Origin: Acholeplasma laidlawii PG-8A
GTDB taxonomy: Bacteria; Bacillota_I; Bacilli_A; Acholeplasmatales; Acholeplasmataceae
DNA: 32,000 nt
Assembly (NCBI RefSeq): GCF_000018785.1
Contig: NC_010163.1
Coordinates: forward strand, 720,001 to 752,000
Direction of reading: 5' to 3'
The notes under the pieces were generated by a model. The model searched no databases. It was not told the DNA's origin and saw only the letters and a list, made by a program, of their open reading frames with translations. This document shows, piece by piece, positions 1 to 8,722 of the stretch; position 1 is the stretch's first letter, and each line of letters starts with the position of its first letter. A program made the position numbers and the translations under genes.

Positions 1-1
1 A

Positions 2-343
2 AGCGAGCATGTTGCATTTATCGAAAGGGACTTTGGACCTTTTGAAGGTAAGTCAGTGGCAGAAACATTACCATTCATAACTAAACATGATTTTAAGACA
101 AAAGGTTATGAAGATAATGAGGCACTCTTAAAAAGATTAAGTGATGCAGTAAATGATTTATACAAGACACATCAAGGTAAGAAGGTATTACTTGTTGTTC
201 ATGCACATGTAATCAAGTCATTACTTATATTAGCAGACTTTGAAAAGTACGATTACATTACGCATTATGTAGGTAATTCAAGCATCGTATATTTCGATGT
301 TAAACCTGATCAAATATCTGTATTAAATCAAATTGATTTATAG
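2..343 (+). CDS. histidine phosphatase (phosphoglycerate-mutase-like) family protein, C-terminal part; 5' end outside window
   Basis: The frame is open from base 2 (SEHVAFIERDFGPFEGKSVAETL...), so the GTG at 56 in the ORF track is not the true start. ERDFGxxEG resembles the mid-domain motif of the His-phosphatase superfamily. Stop is TAG at 341-343. Confidence 0.6.
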   Translation, partial: SEHVAFIERDFGPFEGKSVAETLPFITKHDFKTKGYEDNEALLKRLSDAVNDLYKTHQGKKVLLVVHAHVIKSLLILADFEKYDYITHYVGNSSIVYFDVKPDQISVLNQIDL

Positions 344-355
344 CTAATAATCAAA

Positions 356-386
356 AGGAAACTTGTAAAAAGGGTTTCTTTTTTTT
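356..386 (+). terminator. possible rho-independent terminator after the phosphatase gene
   Basis: A 7-bp stem (AGGAAAC / GTTTCTT, one G:U pair) with an 11-nt loop is followed by T6 at 381-386. The stem is weak. Confidence 0.45.
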
Positions 387-423
387 AGAAAAAATATTAA
401 CATACAAAATCAACGATTTCTCA

Positions 424-451
424 TTGACTTTATAAGTTTTTGCAGTAAAAT
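424..451 (+). promoter_or_regulatory. sigma-70-type promoter for the antiporter operon
   Basis: TTGACT (424-429), a 16-nt spacer, then TAAAAT (446-451), about 35 nt upstream of the ATG at 487. Confidence 0.5.
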
Positions 452-486
452 TGAGTTTGTATGTACATTATAAGGAGGTTTTGCAA

Positions 487-1812
487 ATGGAAATAGGGTT
501 ATTGTTAACAAAGGTTGCAGTAATTTTATTTGTTGGTTTTATTGGTAGTTTAATTGCTAGAAAATTCAAATTACCAAACGTCTCAGGCTATTTGGTACTT
601 GGTCTACTTATAGGACCATCTCTAGGGCTTATTTTCCCTGGTTATGAAGGTTTTATTACAAGTAGTGACCAAGATGTCTTTGGCTTTATTAGTGAGCTTG
701 CGCTCGCGTTTATTGCTTTTTCAATCGGTAGTGAATTTGCAATTAAAAGAGTGAAGAAAATGGGCAAGGAAATTTCAGTAATTACATTACTAGAAGTTCT
801 AGGTGCAGTATCTTTAGTATTTATAGCTATGCTATTTATTCCAAAACCAGACAGTATGTCCTCAGGGTATAATCCGTTTTCTAATTCCAGCATTGCATTT
901 GCATTAATCTTAGCTTCTATGTCTGCTGCAACAGCTCCAGCTGCTACCTTAATGGTCATGCGTCAATATAGAGCTAATGGTCCAGTATCTAAGGCAATTG
1001 TTCCAATTACAGCTTTAGATGATATCTTTGGCATCATAATCTTTGGATTCTTCTTATCCATTGCACAACTATTACTACCTCAAGGTGATCCACTTCCGGT
1101 ATGGCTAATGATCTCAAAACCATTCATTGAAGTATTTGGGTCATTGATTATTGGGTTAATTATTGGTATTGCTTTATCCTATGGTGCTAAAAAGTTTGAC
1201 AAGATTTCTGATGATATTCAAGTCTTATCATTGATTGCAATATTTGCTACAGTTGGTGGATTAACATTAATGAATCATTACATGAGTGACTTCGGTATTT
1301 CATTCTCACCATTACTAGCAAATATTATGGTAGGTTCTGTTATTGCAAATATTGCACTTAAACCAAATCGTACCTTCCAATCGATTAATGATTTAGCTAC
1401 TCCGTTTTATATTATATTCTTCACATTAGCGGGTGCTTCATTAGACTTAGGTATCTTACGTCAAGATTATTTAATACTAATTATCGCTGCAACCTATATT
1501 ATTGCTCGCGGAAGTGGTAAAATATTAGGTACAATGGCTGGTGCTCAAATGGTCAACTCACATCCAAACGTTAAGAAGTATTTAGGTTTTGCACTTCTAC
1601 CTCAAGGTGGTGTATCTATTGGGTTACTCACTATTGTTGCTGTGCAGATGACTCAACTATATCCTATAATAGCTGCAGTTATTATGTTATCTGTATTAGT
1701 ATATGAAACAATGGGACCTGTTTTTGCTAAATACTCACTCACTAAATCTGATGAGTTATATGGTCTTGATAAACTTAATGAATCTATGTTCGAAGAAGAT
1801 ACAGAAAATTAA
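487..1812 (+). CDS. cation:proton antiporter (Na+/H+ exchanger family, CPA2/Kef-like), membrane domain only
   Basis: The N-terminus LLLTKVAVILFVGFIGSLIARKFKLPNVSGYLVLGLLIGPSLGLI matches the typical PF00999-type start, and there are about 12 hydrophobic segments. I moved the start to ATG 487 because AGGAGG lies at 473-478 (8-nt spacing); the TTG at 451 has no RBS. The C-terminus is a short acidic tail with no RCK/KTN domain. Confidence 0.85.
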   Translation: MEIGLLLTKVAVILFVGFIGSLIARKFKLPNVSGYLVLGLLIGPSLGLIFPGYEGFITSSDQDVFGFISELALAFIAFSIGSEFAIKRVKKMGKEISVITLLEVLGAVSLVFIAMLFIPKPDSMSSGYNPFSNSSIAFALILASMSAATAPAATLMVMRQYRANGPVSKAIVPITALDDIFGIIIFGFFLSIAQLLLPQGDPLPVWLMISKPFIEVFGSLIIGLIIGIALSYGAKKFDKISDDIQVLSLIAIFATVGGLTLMNHYMSDFGISFSPLLANIMVGSVIANIALKPNRTFQSINDLATPFYIIFFTLAGASLDLGILRQDYLILIIAATYIIARGSGKILGTMAGAQMVNSHPNVKKYLGFALLPQGGVSIGLLTIVAVQMTQLYPIIAAVIMLSVLVYETMGPVFAKYSLTKSDELYGLDKLNESMFEEDTEN

Positions 1813-1826
1813 TAAGGAGAAAACTT

Positions 1827-2186
1827 ATGGAAGCTTTATTTATAGTATTAAACGACTTAACCTTTATGGATGATATTCTTGATAAATTTATTGAGTTACA
1901 CATTAAAGGTGCAACTATCATTGATTCACAAGGTATGGCGCAAGCAATCATTGAAAAAGATGGTGGTGGACAAGGTTTATTTTCTGGTCCATTCTACAAA
2001 GCTTTAGTAGGGGATCAAAATCATTCAAAAATGATCTTTACTGTATTACCAGAAACATTTGATAAGAAACATGTAATTGCTGAAGTTCGTTCTATTTTAG
2101 AACAATCTAAAAAAGCAGTGATTGGTTTTATGTTTACAATGCCTGTATCCGGTATCTATCCAATTAAATCTACACATCAAGTTTAA
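1827..2186 (+). CDS. small PII-like (GlnB/DarA-fold-like) signal-transduction protein
   Basis: AAGGAG RBS 14 nt after the antiporter stop. The 119-aa sequence follows a beta-alpha-beta-beta-alpha-beta pattern that parallels GlnB:
- ALFIVLN ... ELHIKGATIIDSQGM (compare GlnB GIKGMTVTEVKGFG)
- a Gly-rich T-loop-like insert EKDGGGQGLFSGPF
- KMIFTVL ... GFMFTMPV (compare GKIFVxPV). Confidence 0.55.
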   Translation: MEALFIVLNDLTFMDDILDKFIELHIKGATIIDSQGMAQAIIEKDGGGQGLFSGPFYKALVGDQNHSKMIFTVLPETFDKKHVIAEVRSILEQSKKAVIGFMFTMPVSGIYPIKSTHQV

Positions 2187-2200
2187 AAAAATATAAATTA

Positions 2201-2238
2201 AAAAAATAAGGATTGGCACTGACCAATCCTTATTTTTG
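2201..2238. terminator. bidirectional rho-independent terminator between convergent genes
   Basis: Perfect 10-bp stem TAAGGATTGG (2207-2216) / CCAATCCTTA (2223-2232) with a 6-nt loop. It is flanked by an A-run upstream and TTTTT downstream, and it overlaps the stop codon of the minus-strand Smr-like gene. Confidence 0.8.
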
Positions 2239-2562
2239 TATATGATGTGATTTTTTCTTTATGATAGTAACACCGCTGTTCGTTATATATGAGCTGAGTT
2301 TACCTAACTCTTCAATACTAAAATGTGCTCTTTGGAAAGGATCATTTAAATCTGGACCAGATATGGAAACTTCAATTTGTCCCTTTTTTACTCTAGATTT
2401 TCCAATACTCCTAATTTGAGTTAATTTTTTGTATTGATTTGTTGTAGACCCATAACCATGAATAATGACTAATATTTTTTGTCCTATTGTATCAATCGCT
2501 TGTCTTACAATGGATGATGCACTTAAGACATCCAAATCGTGTACATCAATTACTTGAATCAT
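2230..2562 (-). CDS. stand-alone Smr-like domain protein
   Basis: IDVHDLDVLSASSIVRQAID...KILVIIHGYGS ... NSGVTIIKKK follows the Smr domain layout (LDLHG ... IIHGKG ... GGxGatvV). Its ATG overlaps the plsC TGA (ATGA, 2559-2562). Confidence 0.45.
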   Translation of the reverse strand: MIQVIDVHDLDVLSASSIVRQAIDTIGQKILVIIHGYGSTTNQYKKLTQIRSIGKSRVKKGQIEVSISGPDLNDPFQRAHFSIEELGKLSSYITNSGVTIIKKKSHHIQK

Positions 2563-3350
2563 TTATGTTCGAATCCAGAGTTAATTACATGCATCACCAT
2601 ATCACCAATTTCAGCTGTAGATAAACCTTGATAGTCTTCATGCGTAATTGGTTTATGAATAATGACTTTAATTTTAGTTTTTCTAAATGGTGCACGATGT
2701 TGGATTTCAGAATTTCCAATAATTGTCATAGGTAAGATGGTTGCTTTTGGCTTTACTGCAATTTGGAAAGCACCAGCACGTGTTGCGACTACACTGTCTT
2801 GATCACGGTTTTTACGACCACCTTCAGGAAACACTACCATTGAAAATCCAGCCTCAATATTCTTGATAGTTTCTACTAAAGCTTTAGCGGTTTTTCTTGT
2901 ATCATCCCTGTAAATTGGCATACAATGCATTTGTTTCATACCGTCTTTTAAGATTGGAATTTTATACAATGTAGACTTCGGAGTAAAGGCCATTGGTCTG
3001 TTGATTGCTTGAATTGCAATTACAGGGTCCAAGTAAGACTTATGATTCGTGTAAACAACCATTTTACCGTCTTTTGGCACGTTTTCTTTACCGATAACCT
3101 TGATACTTATGTTAAAGACAAATACGCTTAAAAATCTTGCTAGACTTTGCCAACCATAATATTTATATCGGTTCATAAGTGGTAATTTTTGCCACGCATA
3201 AATATGAATTAAGGCACCAATTATAATTGGTATAAAACCTACTAGATAGCCAAGTAGTACCCAAAGTATAATGTAGTAACCACCGAGTACATAGATGGAC
3301 ATAAGGGTTGAAAAGGTTGCCCAACCAATTAAAAATAAAATTGTAAACAT
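2559..3350 (-). CDS. plsC: 1-acyl-sn-glycerol-3-phosphate acyltransferase
   Basis: Has the NHKSYLDP (HX4D) and FPEGGR acyltransferase motifs plus two N-terminal TM segments. I prefer ATG 3350 (MFTILF...), 4 nt after the folA stop and with AAGAAAGAG upstream. The track start, TTG 3380, has no RBS and would overlap folA by 26 nt. Confidence 0.85.
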   Translation of the reverse strand: MFTILFLIGWATFSTLMSIYVLGGYYIILWVLLGYLVGFIPIIIGALIHIYAWQKLPLMNRYKYYGWQSLARFLSVFVFNISIKVIGKENVPKDGKMVVYTNHKSYLDPVIAIQAINRPMAFTPKSTLYKIPILKDGMKQMHCMPIYRDDTRKTAKALVETIKNIEAGFSMVVFPEGGRKNRDQDSVVATRAGAFQIAVKPKATILPMTIIGNSEIQHRAPFRKTKIKVIIHKPITHEDYQGLSTAEIGDMVMHVINSGFEHK

Positions 3351-3354
3351 AATA

Positions 3355-3825
3355 TCAAATCTCTTTCTTATATGTTGCAAATATTAAACTAGGTGCTAAC
3401 TTTTTATCAACTAATTTGTAGCTAGATAAGTCAAAATGGTTGAAGTATACATTACCTTTATGAATGTCTAGTACGTGGGTGATTAATAAATAATCAACAT
3501 AAGGTAAGGTTAGGTTATAAATAACTTTACCACCAATGATCCATAGTTCATCTTTATAGTTTTTAACAAAATCCACTACATCTGTGATGCATTCTGCATC
3601 ATCATAAGCCGTATCAATGAGGTTAGCTACATAAATTTTACCGTATGGAAAAGGTTTATCTTTATAATAACCTTTCAGTGATTTATAAGTTAAATCACCC
3701 ATTAATACAGTTTTACCTTTAGTTTTTTCTTTAAAATACGCCAAGTCTTCTTTATAGTGCCAAGCAAGCTTATTATCTTGACCTATAAGCCAATTGACAT
3801 CCATTGCCCAAATTGCGTAAATCAT
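3355..3825 (-). CDS. folA: dihydrofolate reductase
   Basis: 156 aa with a DHFR-like N-terminus ([42 protein letters not shown]). It overlaps the thyA stop by 4 nt, the classic thyA-folA pairing. Confidence 0.9.
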   Translation of the reverse strand: MIYAIWAMDVNWLIGQDNKLAWHYKEDLAYFKEKTKGKTVLMGDLTYKSLKGYYKDKPFPYGKIYVANLIDTAYDDAECITDVVDFVKNYKDELWIIGGKVIYNLTLPYVDYLLITHVLDIHKGNVYFNHFDLSSYKLVDKKLAPSLIFATYKKEI

Positions 3826-4688
3826 ACAGCAACCACGCCTTTAATTGGCGGATATGGATCATAACCTACAAGTTCAAAGTCTTCATATTTGAAGTCTTCA
3901 AGTCTTGTAATCGATTTATTGATTTTTAATATTGGTAAACGTCTTGGCGTTCTTGTAAGTTGTAAGTTAATTTGATCAAAATGATTTGTATAAATATGTG
4001 CATCTCCAATGGTATGTACAAAACTACCTAATTCAAATCCAGTTACTTGTGCAACCATCATTAAAAATACAGCATAAGATGCAATATTAAATGGAATGCC
4101 TAAGAATACATCACCACTACGTTGGTATAGTTGTAAGGACAACTTGTTATCTACAACATAAAATTGAATTAATGTATGACATGGAGGTAACATCATTTGA
4201 CCGATTTCTGCTGGATTCCACGCAGATAAAACCATACGTCTGGAATCTGGGTTTGTTTTTAGTGTATTAATAATATATTCAATTTGATCTACACCATTAA
4301 AATTACGCCACTGGGAACCATAAACAGGGCCTAAATCACCCCATTTTTTAGCAAACTCATCACTTTGACGAATTTTATCTGAGAATTCCTTAATGGATTC
4401 TCCTTGATATTCTGAAGAATTCATATAATTTTTATATGGCCAGTCCGTCCAGATGCCAACATTATTATCTACAAGATACTTGATGTTGGTATCCCCTTTA
4501 ATAAACCATAATAATTCATGAATAATACCTTTTAAAAATGTCTTCTTAGTGGTTAGGAGTGGAAACCCATCCTTTAAATCGAAGAACATCTGGTAACCAA
4601 AAATTGATTTGGTTCCAGTGCCCGTACGATCTGATTTTAATGTACCATTTTCCATGATATGACGGGCTAAATCTAAATACTGTTTCAT
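3822..4688 (-). CDS. thyA: thymidylate synthase (ThyA type)
   Basis: MKQYLDL...[18 protein letters not shown], the active-site region LPPCH, and [23 protein letters not shown] upstream. Confidence 0.97.
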   Translation of the reverse strand: MKQYLDLARHIMENGTLKSDRTGTGTKSIFGYQMFFDLKDGFPLLTTKKTFLKGIIHELLWFIKGDTNIKYLVDNNVGIWTDWPYKNYMNSSEYQGESIKEFSDKIRQSDEFAKKWGDLGPVYGSQWRNFNGVDQIEYIINTLKTNPDSRRMVLSAWNPAEIGQMMLPPCHTLIQFYVVDNKLSLQLYQRSGDVFLGIPFNIASYAVFLMMVAQVTGFELGSFVHTIGDAHIYTNHFDQINLQLTRTPRRLPILKINKSITRLEDFKYEDFELVGYDPYPPIKGVVAV

Positions 4689-4704
4689 AATACACTCCTA
4701 GTTT

Positions 4705-6081
4705 TTATTTTGCGAGTTCGTAAAGACTTTCTGTATAAATTGCTAGAGCTTTCATTAAGTCATCAATATCAATAAACTCATCTTTTTGGTGAATATATGT
4801 AGGTTTATCAATGAAATGTGGTCCAAATGCTACAACATTTTCTGTTGCTCTTGCAAATGTACCGCCACCAATTGAAATTGGAGGAGTCATGTCATTGGTA
4901 TGTTTTTGATATACCTTCATTAATGTTTTAATTAATGTTGAATTTGGGTCTTTGTATAATAATTTTTGATGATGATCAACATCTAAACCAAATCCTTCAG
5001 GTAATAGATTTGCAATCTTTTCAAATACATCTTTATCATAGTTGACGCCATTAGGGTATCTTAAGTTTAATACAAGTTCAAATTGGTTGTTATCAGTACT
5101 TGCTAAACCAAAGTTCACTGTTAAGTCGCCCATTTCTTTATCTTTATAAGCAACACCTAATTTTTTACCTAAATTATCAAATGTTAAATATTTAGTAGCA
5201 AAATTTACTAATTCATTTTCAACACCTGCAAATTTTAGTGCTTCAAATAAAATGTGTAATGCATTCACACCATCATCTGGAAGCGATCCATGTGCTGATT
5301 TACCAAATGTTTCAAGTACTAATACATCATTTTCTAATTTAGCTTGGCCTTTGAAGTTATTTTTTTCTAGGTAATCTAAAAATCTATGTTTAATTACTAA
5401 ATCAGGTTTTACATGCGCTTTAGCACTTTCTGGTACCATATTTGCACGTAAGCCACCCTCTACTTTGTATAGGATGTCATTATTGAACTGACCTCTAATA
5501 ATGGTCATAGTAATACCTTTTTCAGCATAGATTAAAGGAAAATCTGCATCTGGGATAAAACCTGCAATTGGAGCTTGTGGATACTTATTAAAGTAGTAAT
5601 CAACACATTTCCAACCTGATTCTTCATCAAGTCCTAAAATCAGTTTAATACGTGTTTTAAGTTCTACACCTAATTCTTTTAATATCTTCATACCATAATA
5701 AACAGCCATTGTAGGTGCTTTATCATCTTCAGCACCACGTGCATAAATCTTATTATCATGGATTTCGGCACCATAAGCTGGATAAGTCCAACCAGTACCT
5801 GCTGGGACAACGTCTAAGTGACCAATGGAACCAATATATTCTTTGGAATCACCATATTCAATGTGTCCTGCATAACCATCAACGTTTTCAAACTTGAAAC
5901 CATCACGTTTAGCTAAATTAAGCATAAACTCCAATGCTTGCTTATTGCCTTCTCCAAATGGTGCACCCACTCTATTTGGATCAAAAGTTGTTAACTCAGA
6001 ATTAATTCTTAACAACTCTTGAGTATCTTTAATAAATTGGTCCTTATATTTTAGGGCCAATGCTTTAAAATCTATTGACAT
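4705..6081 (-). CDS. pepV: M20-family dipeptidase (PepV/Sapep-like)
   Basis: GHLDVVPAG..W and ARGAEDDKAPTMA metal-binding motifs. At 458 aa the length is typical of PepV. Confidence 0.85.
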   Translation of the reverse strand: MSIDFKALALKYKDQFIKDTQELLRINSELTTFDPNRVGAPFGEGNKQALEFMLNLAKRDGFKFENVDGYAGHIEYGDSKEYIGSIGHLDVVPAGTGWTYPAYGAEIHDNKIYARGAEDDKAPTMAVYYGMKILKELGVELKTRIKLILGLDEESGWKCVDYYFNKYPQAPIAGFIPDADFPLIYAEKGITMTIIRGQFNNDILYKVEGGLRANMVPESAKAHVKPDLVIKHRFLDYLEKNNFKGQAKLENDVLVLETFGKSAHGSLPDDGVNALHILFEALKFAGVENELVNFATKYLTFDNLGKKLGVAYKDKEMGDLTVNFGLASTDNNQFELVLNLRYPNGVNYDKDVFEKIANLLPEGFGLDVDHHQKLLYKDPNSTLIKTLMKVYQKHTNDMTPPISIGGGTFARATENVVAFGPHFIDKPTYIHQKDEFIDIDDLMKALAIYTESLYELAK

Positions 6082-6104
6082 ATATCATCATCTCCTTGTT
6101 AAAT

Positions 6105-6113
6105 ATTCTATCA
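6105..6113 (-). promoter_or_regulatory. extended -10 element (TGaTAGAAT) upstream of pepV
   Basis: The reverse complement of 6105-6113 reads TGATAGAAT. It sits between the preceding terminator and the pepV RBS (AAGGAGA). No good -35 at canonical spacing. Confidence 0.4.
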
Positions 6114-6120
6114 TTTATAT

Positions 6121-6145
6121 CAAAAAAACTCTATCAAATAGAGTT
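6121..6145 (-). terminator. rho-independent terminator of the SSB/membrane-protein unit
   Basis: On the minus strand: AACTCTA-TTTGA-TAGAGTT followed by TTTTTTT. The TGA stop of the 6134..6901 gene sits in the loop. Confidence 0.65.
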
Positions 6146-6901
6146 CTTTTGTTCAATATATTCATTATACGCTTCTTCAAGACTTTCGTAACTATCTACA
6201 TAATCTTTTAGATAATTAAATAAATCAGAATCAATCGGCTTAAATGGACTTTTAGCCATATCGATGTCATCTTGAATATAGTATAGATATTTCATTCTTC
6301 CATGTTCTTGATAAAAACCTCTTGGATAGACTCTATCTACACCAGTATATTTCTTTGCAATTAATCTAGATTTAGAAGTATGTAATTCATAAACATGCTT
6401 AGTTTTATTACCTACAACTAATACATAAGTAAATTTCTTTTTATAACCTAAACTAATGATTGCACTAAATACGATTAAAGCTAGTACACCAGTTACAGAA
6501 ATACTCCATATATTTTCAGCATCAAATGCTGATAACAAACCATCCATGACTGCTAATCCAGCACCAAACATTAGAATGATAAATACGCTCCATAATGCAA
6601 TGAGTACTCGGTTAAAAATAGCTACAAAAAATAGTGAGGTTCTAGCATCGTCATGAAGAACATAATGTTTTATGATACTGTTTACAGAAAAGTGCAAAGG
6701 TAATAAGAATAAGTAAGGTAATCCTAAAGAAATCAAATCCAGGGTATAAAGCCCTTTAAAATGGTAATAAATGAGTGATATAGCTACGATAGCAAAGATT
6801 GCATACGTAGAGAGTGTAATCCAAATCTTTCTAGGACCACAGATAACATATAGTAAACCCATTGTAAATAATGCAGCGAGAAGTAATGTCCAAAATATCA
6901 A
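6134..6901 (-). CDS. hypothetical membrane protein: about 5 TM segments plus a C-terminal soluble domain of about 100 aa
   Basis: TTG start preceded by AAGGAGG at 8-nt spacing. Five hydrophobic stretches lie in residues 1-150, followed by a charged, beta-rich tail (KKKFTYVLVVGNKTKHVYELH...). I recognise no family motif. Confidence 0.7.
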   Translation of the reverse strand: MIFWTLLLAALFTMGLLYVICGPRKIWITLSTYAIFAIVAISLIYYHFKGLYTLDLISLGLPYLFLLPLHFSVNSIIKHYVLHDDARTSLFFVAIFNRVLIALWSVFIILMFGAGLAVMDGLLSAFDAENIWSISVTGVLALIVFSAIISLGYKKKFTYVLVVGNKTKHVYELHTSKSRLIAKKYTGVDRVYPRGFYQEHGRMKYLYYIQDDIDMAKSPFKPIDSDLFNYLKDYVDSYESLEEAYNEYIEQKNSI

Positions 6902-6953
6902 ATGAGCTCGCCTCCTTTTTATTTACTTAATTATACCATATTTTCGTTATAGA

Positions 6954-7298
6954 TTAACTATTTAGATCCGCACTATATTCTTCAATTTCTCTTGGTAAAA
7001 ATATAACATGTTCTGCAATAATATTGACGTTTGCTCTATTTTTATCTTGATCATCTATCCATTTACTAACCTCTAAACGTCCTTTAATAGCAATCCCCAT
7101 ACCTTTTCTAAAGTAATCTTGAGCACGTTTGTGATTTTGCTCAAATAATGCAACTCTAAAATAATCTGTATCATAATTACCATCATAATTCTTATAAGGT
7201 CTCATCACAGATACTCTTAAATCTGTATATTTTACACCATTATCACTTTCTTTTGGGTCAAAGCTGACAACCCTTCCTATGAGGTTTACAAATGTCAT
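6954..7298 (-). CDS. single-stranded DNA-binding protein paralogue (OB fold) without the acidic C-terminal tip
   Basis: MTFVNLIGRVVSFDPKE...DYFRVALFEQNHKRAQDYFRKGMGIAIKGRLEVSKW...NVNIIAEHVIFL follows the bacterial SSB OB-fold pattern. Start set at ATG 7298 (AAAGGAGA RBS). The protein is 114 aa and ends ...EEYSADLNS, with no D-D-D-(I/L)-P-F tip. Confidence 0.8.
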   Translation of the reverse strand: MTFVNLIGRVVSFDPKESDNGVKYTDLRVSVMRPYKNYDGNYDTDYFRVALFEQNHKRAQDYFRKGMGIAIKGRLEVSKWIDDQDKNRANVNIIAEHVIFLPREIEEYSADLNS

Positions 7299-7390
7299 AC
7301 AAAAATCTCCTTTTTCTTTTAATGTAACATAATGTATAAGTATTAAAAAACACAACTTTTATATATTAAATATCATATTGGTATTGATTA

Positions 7391-7424
7391 TAAAGAAAAA
7401 AGACAACCCAAATTAGGTTGTCTT
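7391..7424 (-). terminator. rho-independent terminator ending the long ileS...M16 transcription unit
   Basis: On the minus strand: AAGACAACC-TAATTTG-GGTTGTCTT (perfect 9-bp stem) followed by TTTTTTCTTT, 28 nt after the stop at 7453. Confidence 0.8.
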
Positions 7425-7452
7425 CAAGCATTTTTGATTTATTGATGAATAT

Positions 7453-8722
7453 TTATCTATTTTGGTCATTTTTAATAAAATGTGAGAAGCTAAACATGTC
7501 TTTTGTGATAGATGACTTAAAATTGAGTATATCTTCATAAGTGATTTCGTCTAATAGGGTAAATGCTTCTTCTAGACTAATACCATTAAGTTGATATTTA
7601 CCATATAGGAATAATCGATTTTCAATATCATCTAAGGCCATCATAAAGTGGCCTAAATAGGCTTTTTTAAGGGCGATAAACGCCTCTTTTGTTAAATCCT
7701 TATCATCTGTATTAAAAAACTGTTCGAGTACATGTTCTTTTAAATCAAAACTATGATCAGATTCCACATCCATCATAAAGATTAATGTTTCATCTTCCAA
7801 GATTAAGTTGAAATTAAAGCCATCAATCATCAGCTTTAAATCACTCATATGTTCTTGGAAATTTGTACTTGTATCATAAAGCAAACGCATTAAGAATAAC
7901 ATGTAAAGTTCAGTCTTAAATAAGATTTTTTCATCTTTTGTATCTAAAATATGCTTAATACCCATATTAAAGACACCAACATTCATTTTAAGATGATAGA
8001 TTTCTTTCTGTTGATTTAATGTTTTTTGGTTCCTCATTATCTAAAATGAGGGGATGTTTAGTTGCAGTAATTGGAGACTTATAATTTAGTAATGCATGTT
8101 TAAATTGTTCAACATCAATTGGACCTAAGATGAGTAATTGACGTTTATCTGATGTATAAAAGTGGTCAAATACACGTTGTAGGTCTTTTGCAGAAATGTT
8201 GGAAATCTCAGATTTTCTACCAGTAATTTCATACTTAATTGGGTGTTCATAAATTAATTGATCAAACATCTTTTTTTGAACAATGGTATCAATTTCATCA
8301 TCATACATCGCAATTTCTTCATTGATGATTGATTTTTCTGCCTGGACACGTTCTCCTGTAAAGTTCGTTGTCTCTAGCATTTCTAATAAATATAGAGTAG
8401 CTTCAAGCATATTTTTATGACCTATTACGCCATAGGTTGTTTGACGATAGGTTGTCATTGCATTAGCAATCACACCTAACTTATGAAAATGCTCAAAGGC
8501 ATCATGATCTTTCATCATATACATCATATGCTCTAGAAAGTGCGCAATACCTGGTTTTAGTGGATATGTTTTGTTACCGATTTTATATGAAGTGTGAATA
8601 GAACCTAATGGTACATCGTATTCTACATAAGTTTGTAGCGTTGGTGCATAGATAAGTTCTACATTCAGACCGTTTTTAAGTTTAAATTTAACAGGTTTAT
8701 CATTAAACCCATTAAACTTCAT
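7453..8722 (-). pseudogene. M16 (pitrilysin/insulinase) family zinc peptidase with an HxxEH site (YmfH-like), interrupted by a frameshift
   Basis: The N-terminal ORF (8722 down to 7988) carries HFLEHMMY (HxxEH). The C-terminal ORF (8037 down to 7453) has the M16 C-terminal-domain pattern (LTKEAFIALKKAYLGHF...). The two frames overlap by 50 nt around an A6 run (T6 on the plus strand, 8022-8027). Deleting one A gives a continuous protein of about 420 aa (...ILDNEEPKTLNQQKEIYHLKMNVGV...). Start set at ATG 8722 (GGAGGTG RBS). Confidence 0.75.

Noticed and set aside
642-959. 105-aa minus-strand ORF inside the antiporter gene
   Set aside because: It lies entirely antisense to a well-supported membrane-protein CDS, has no RBS, and its composition is low-complexity and Ala/Ile-rich, typical of a shadow ORF.
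7299-7355. 19-aa N-terminal extension of the SSB ORF (MCFLILIHYVTLKEKGDFC)
   Set aside because: The extension contains the AAAGGAGA RBS for ATG 7298, and SSB homologues begin directly at the MxxxNxVxLxGR-type sequence.
7988-8037. Treating 7453-8037 and 7988-8737 as two genuine separate genes, or as a programmed frameshift site
   Set aside because: The M16 fold needs both halves on one chain, and the neighbouring paralogue is a single 405-aa protein. The downstream ORF's ATG at 8037 has no RBS. I see no slippery-heptamer-plus-structure signature beyond the plain A6 run. A pseudogene or an indel error is the simpler reading, though slippage cannot be excluded.
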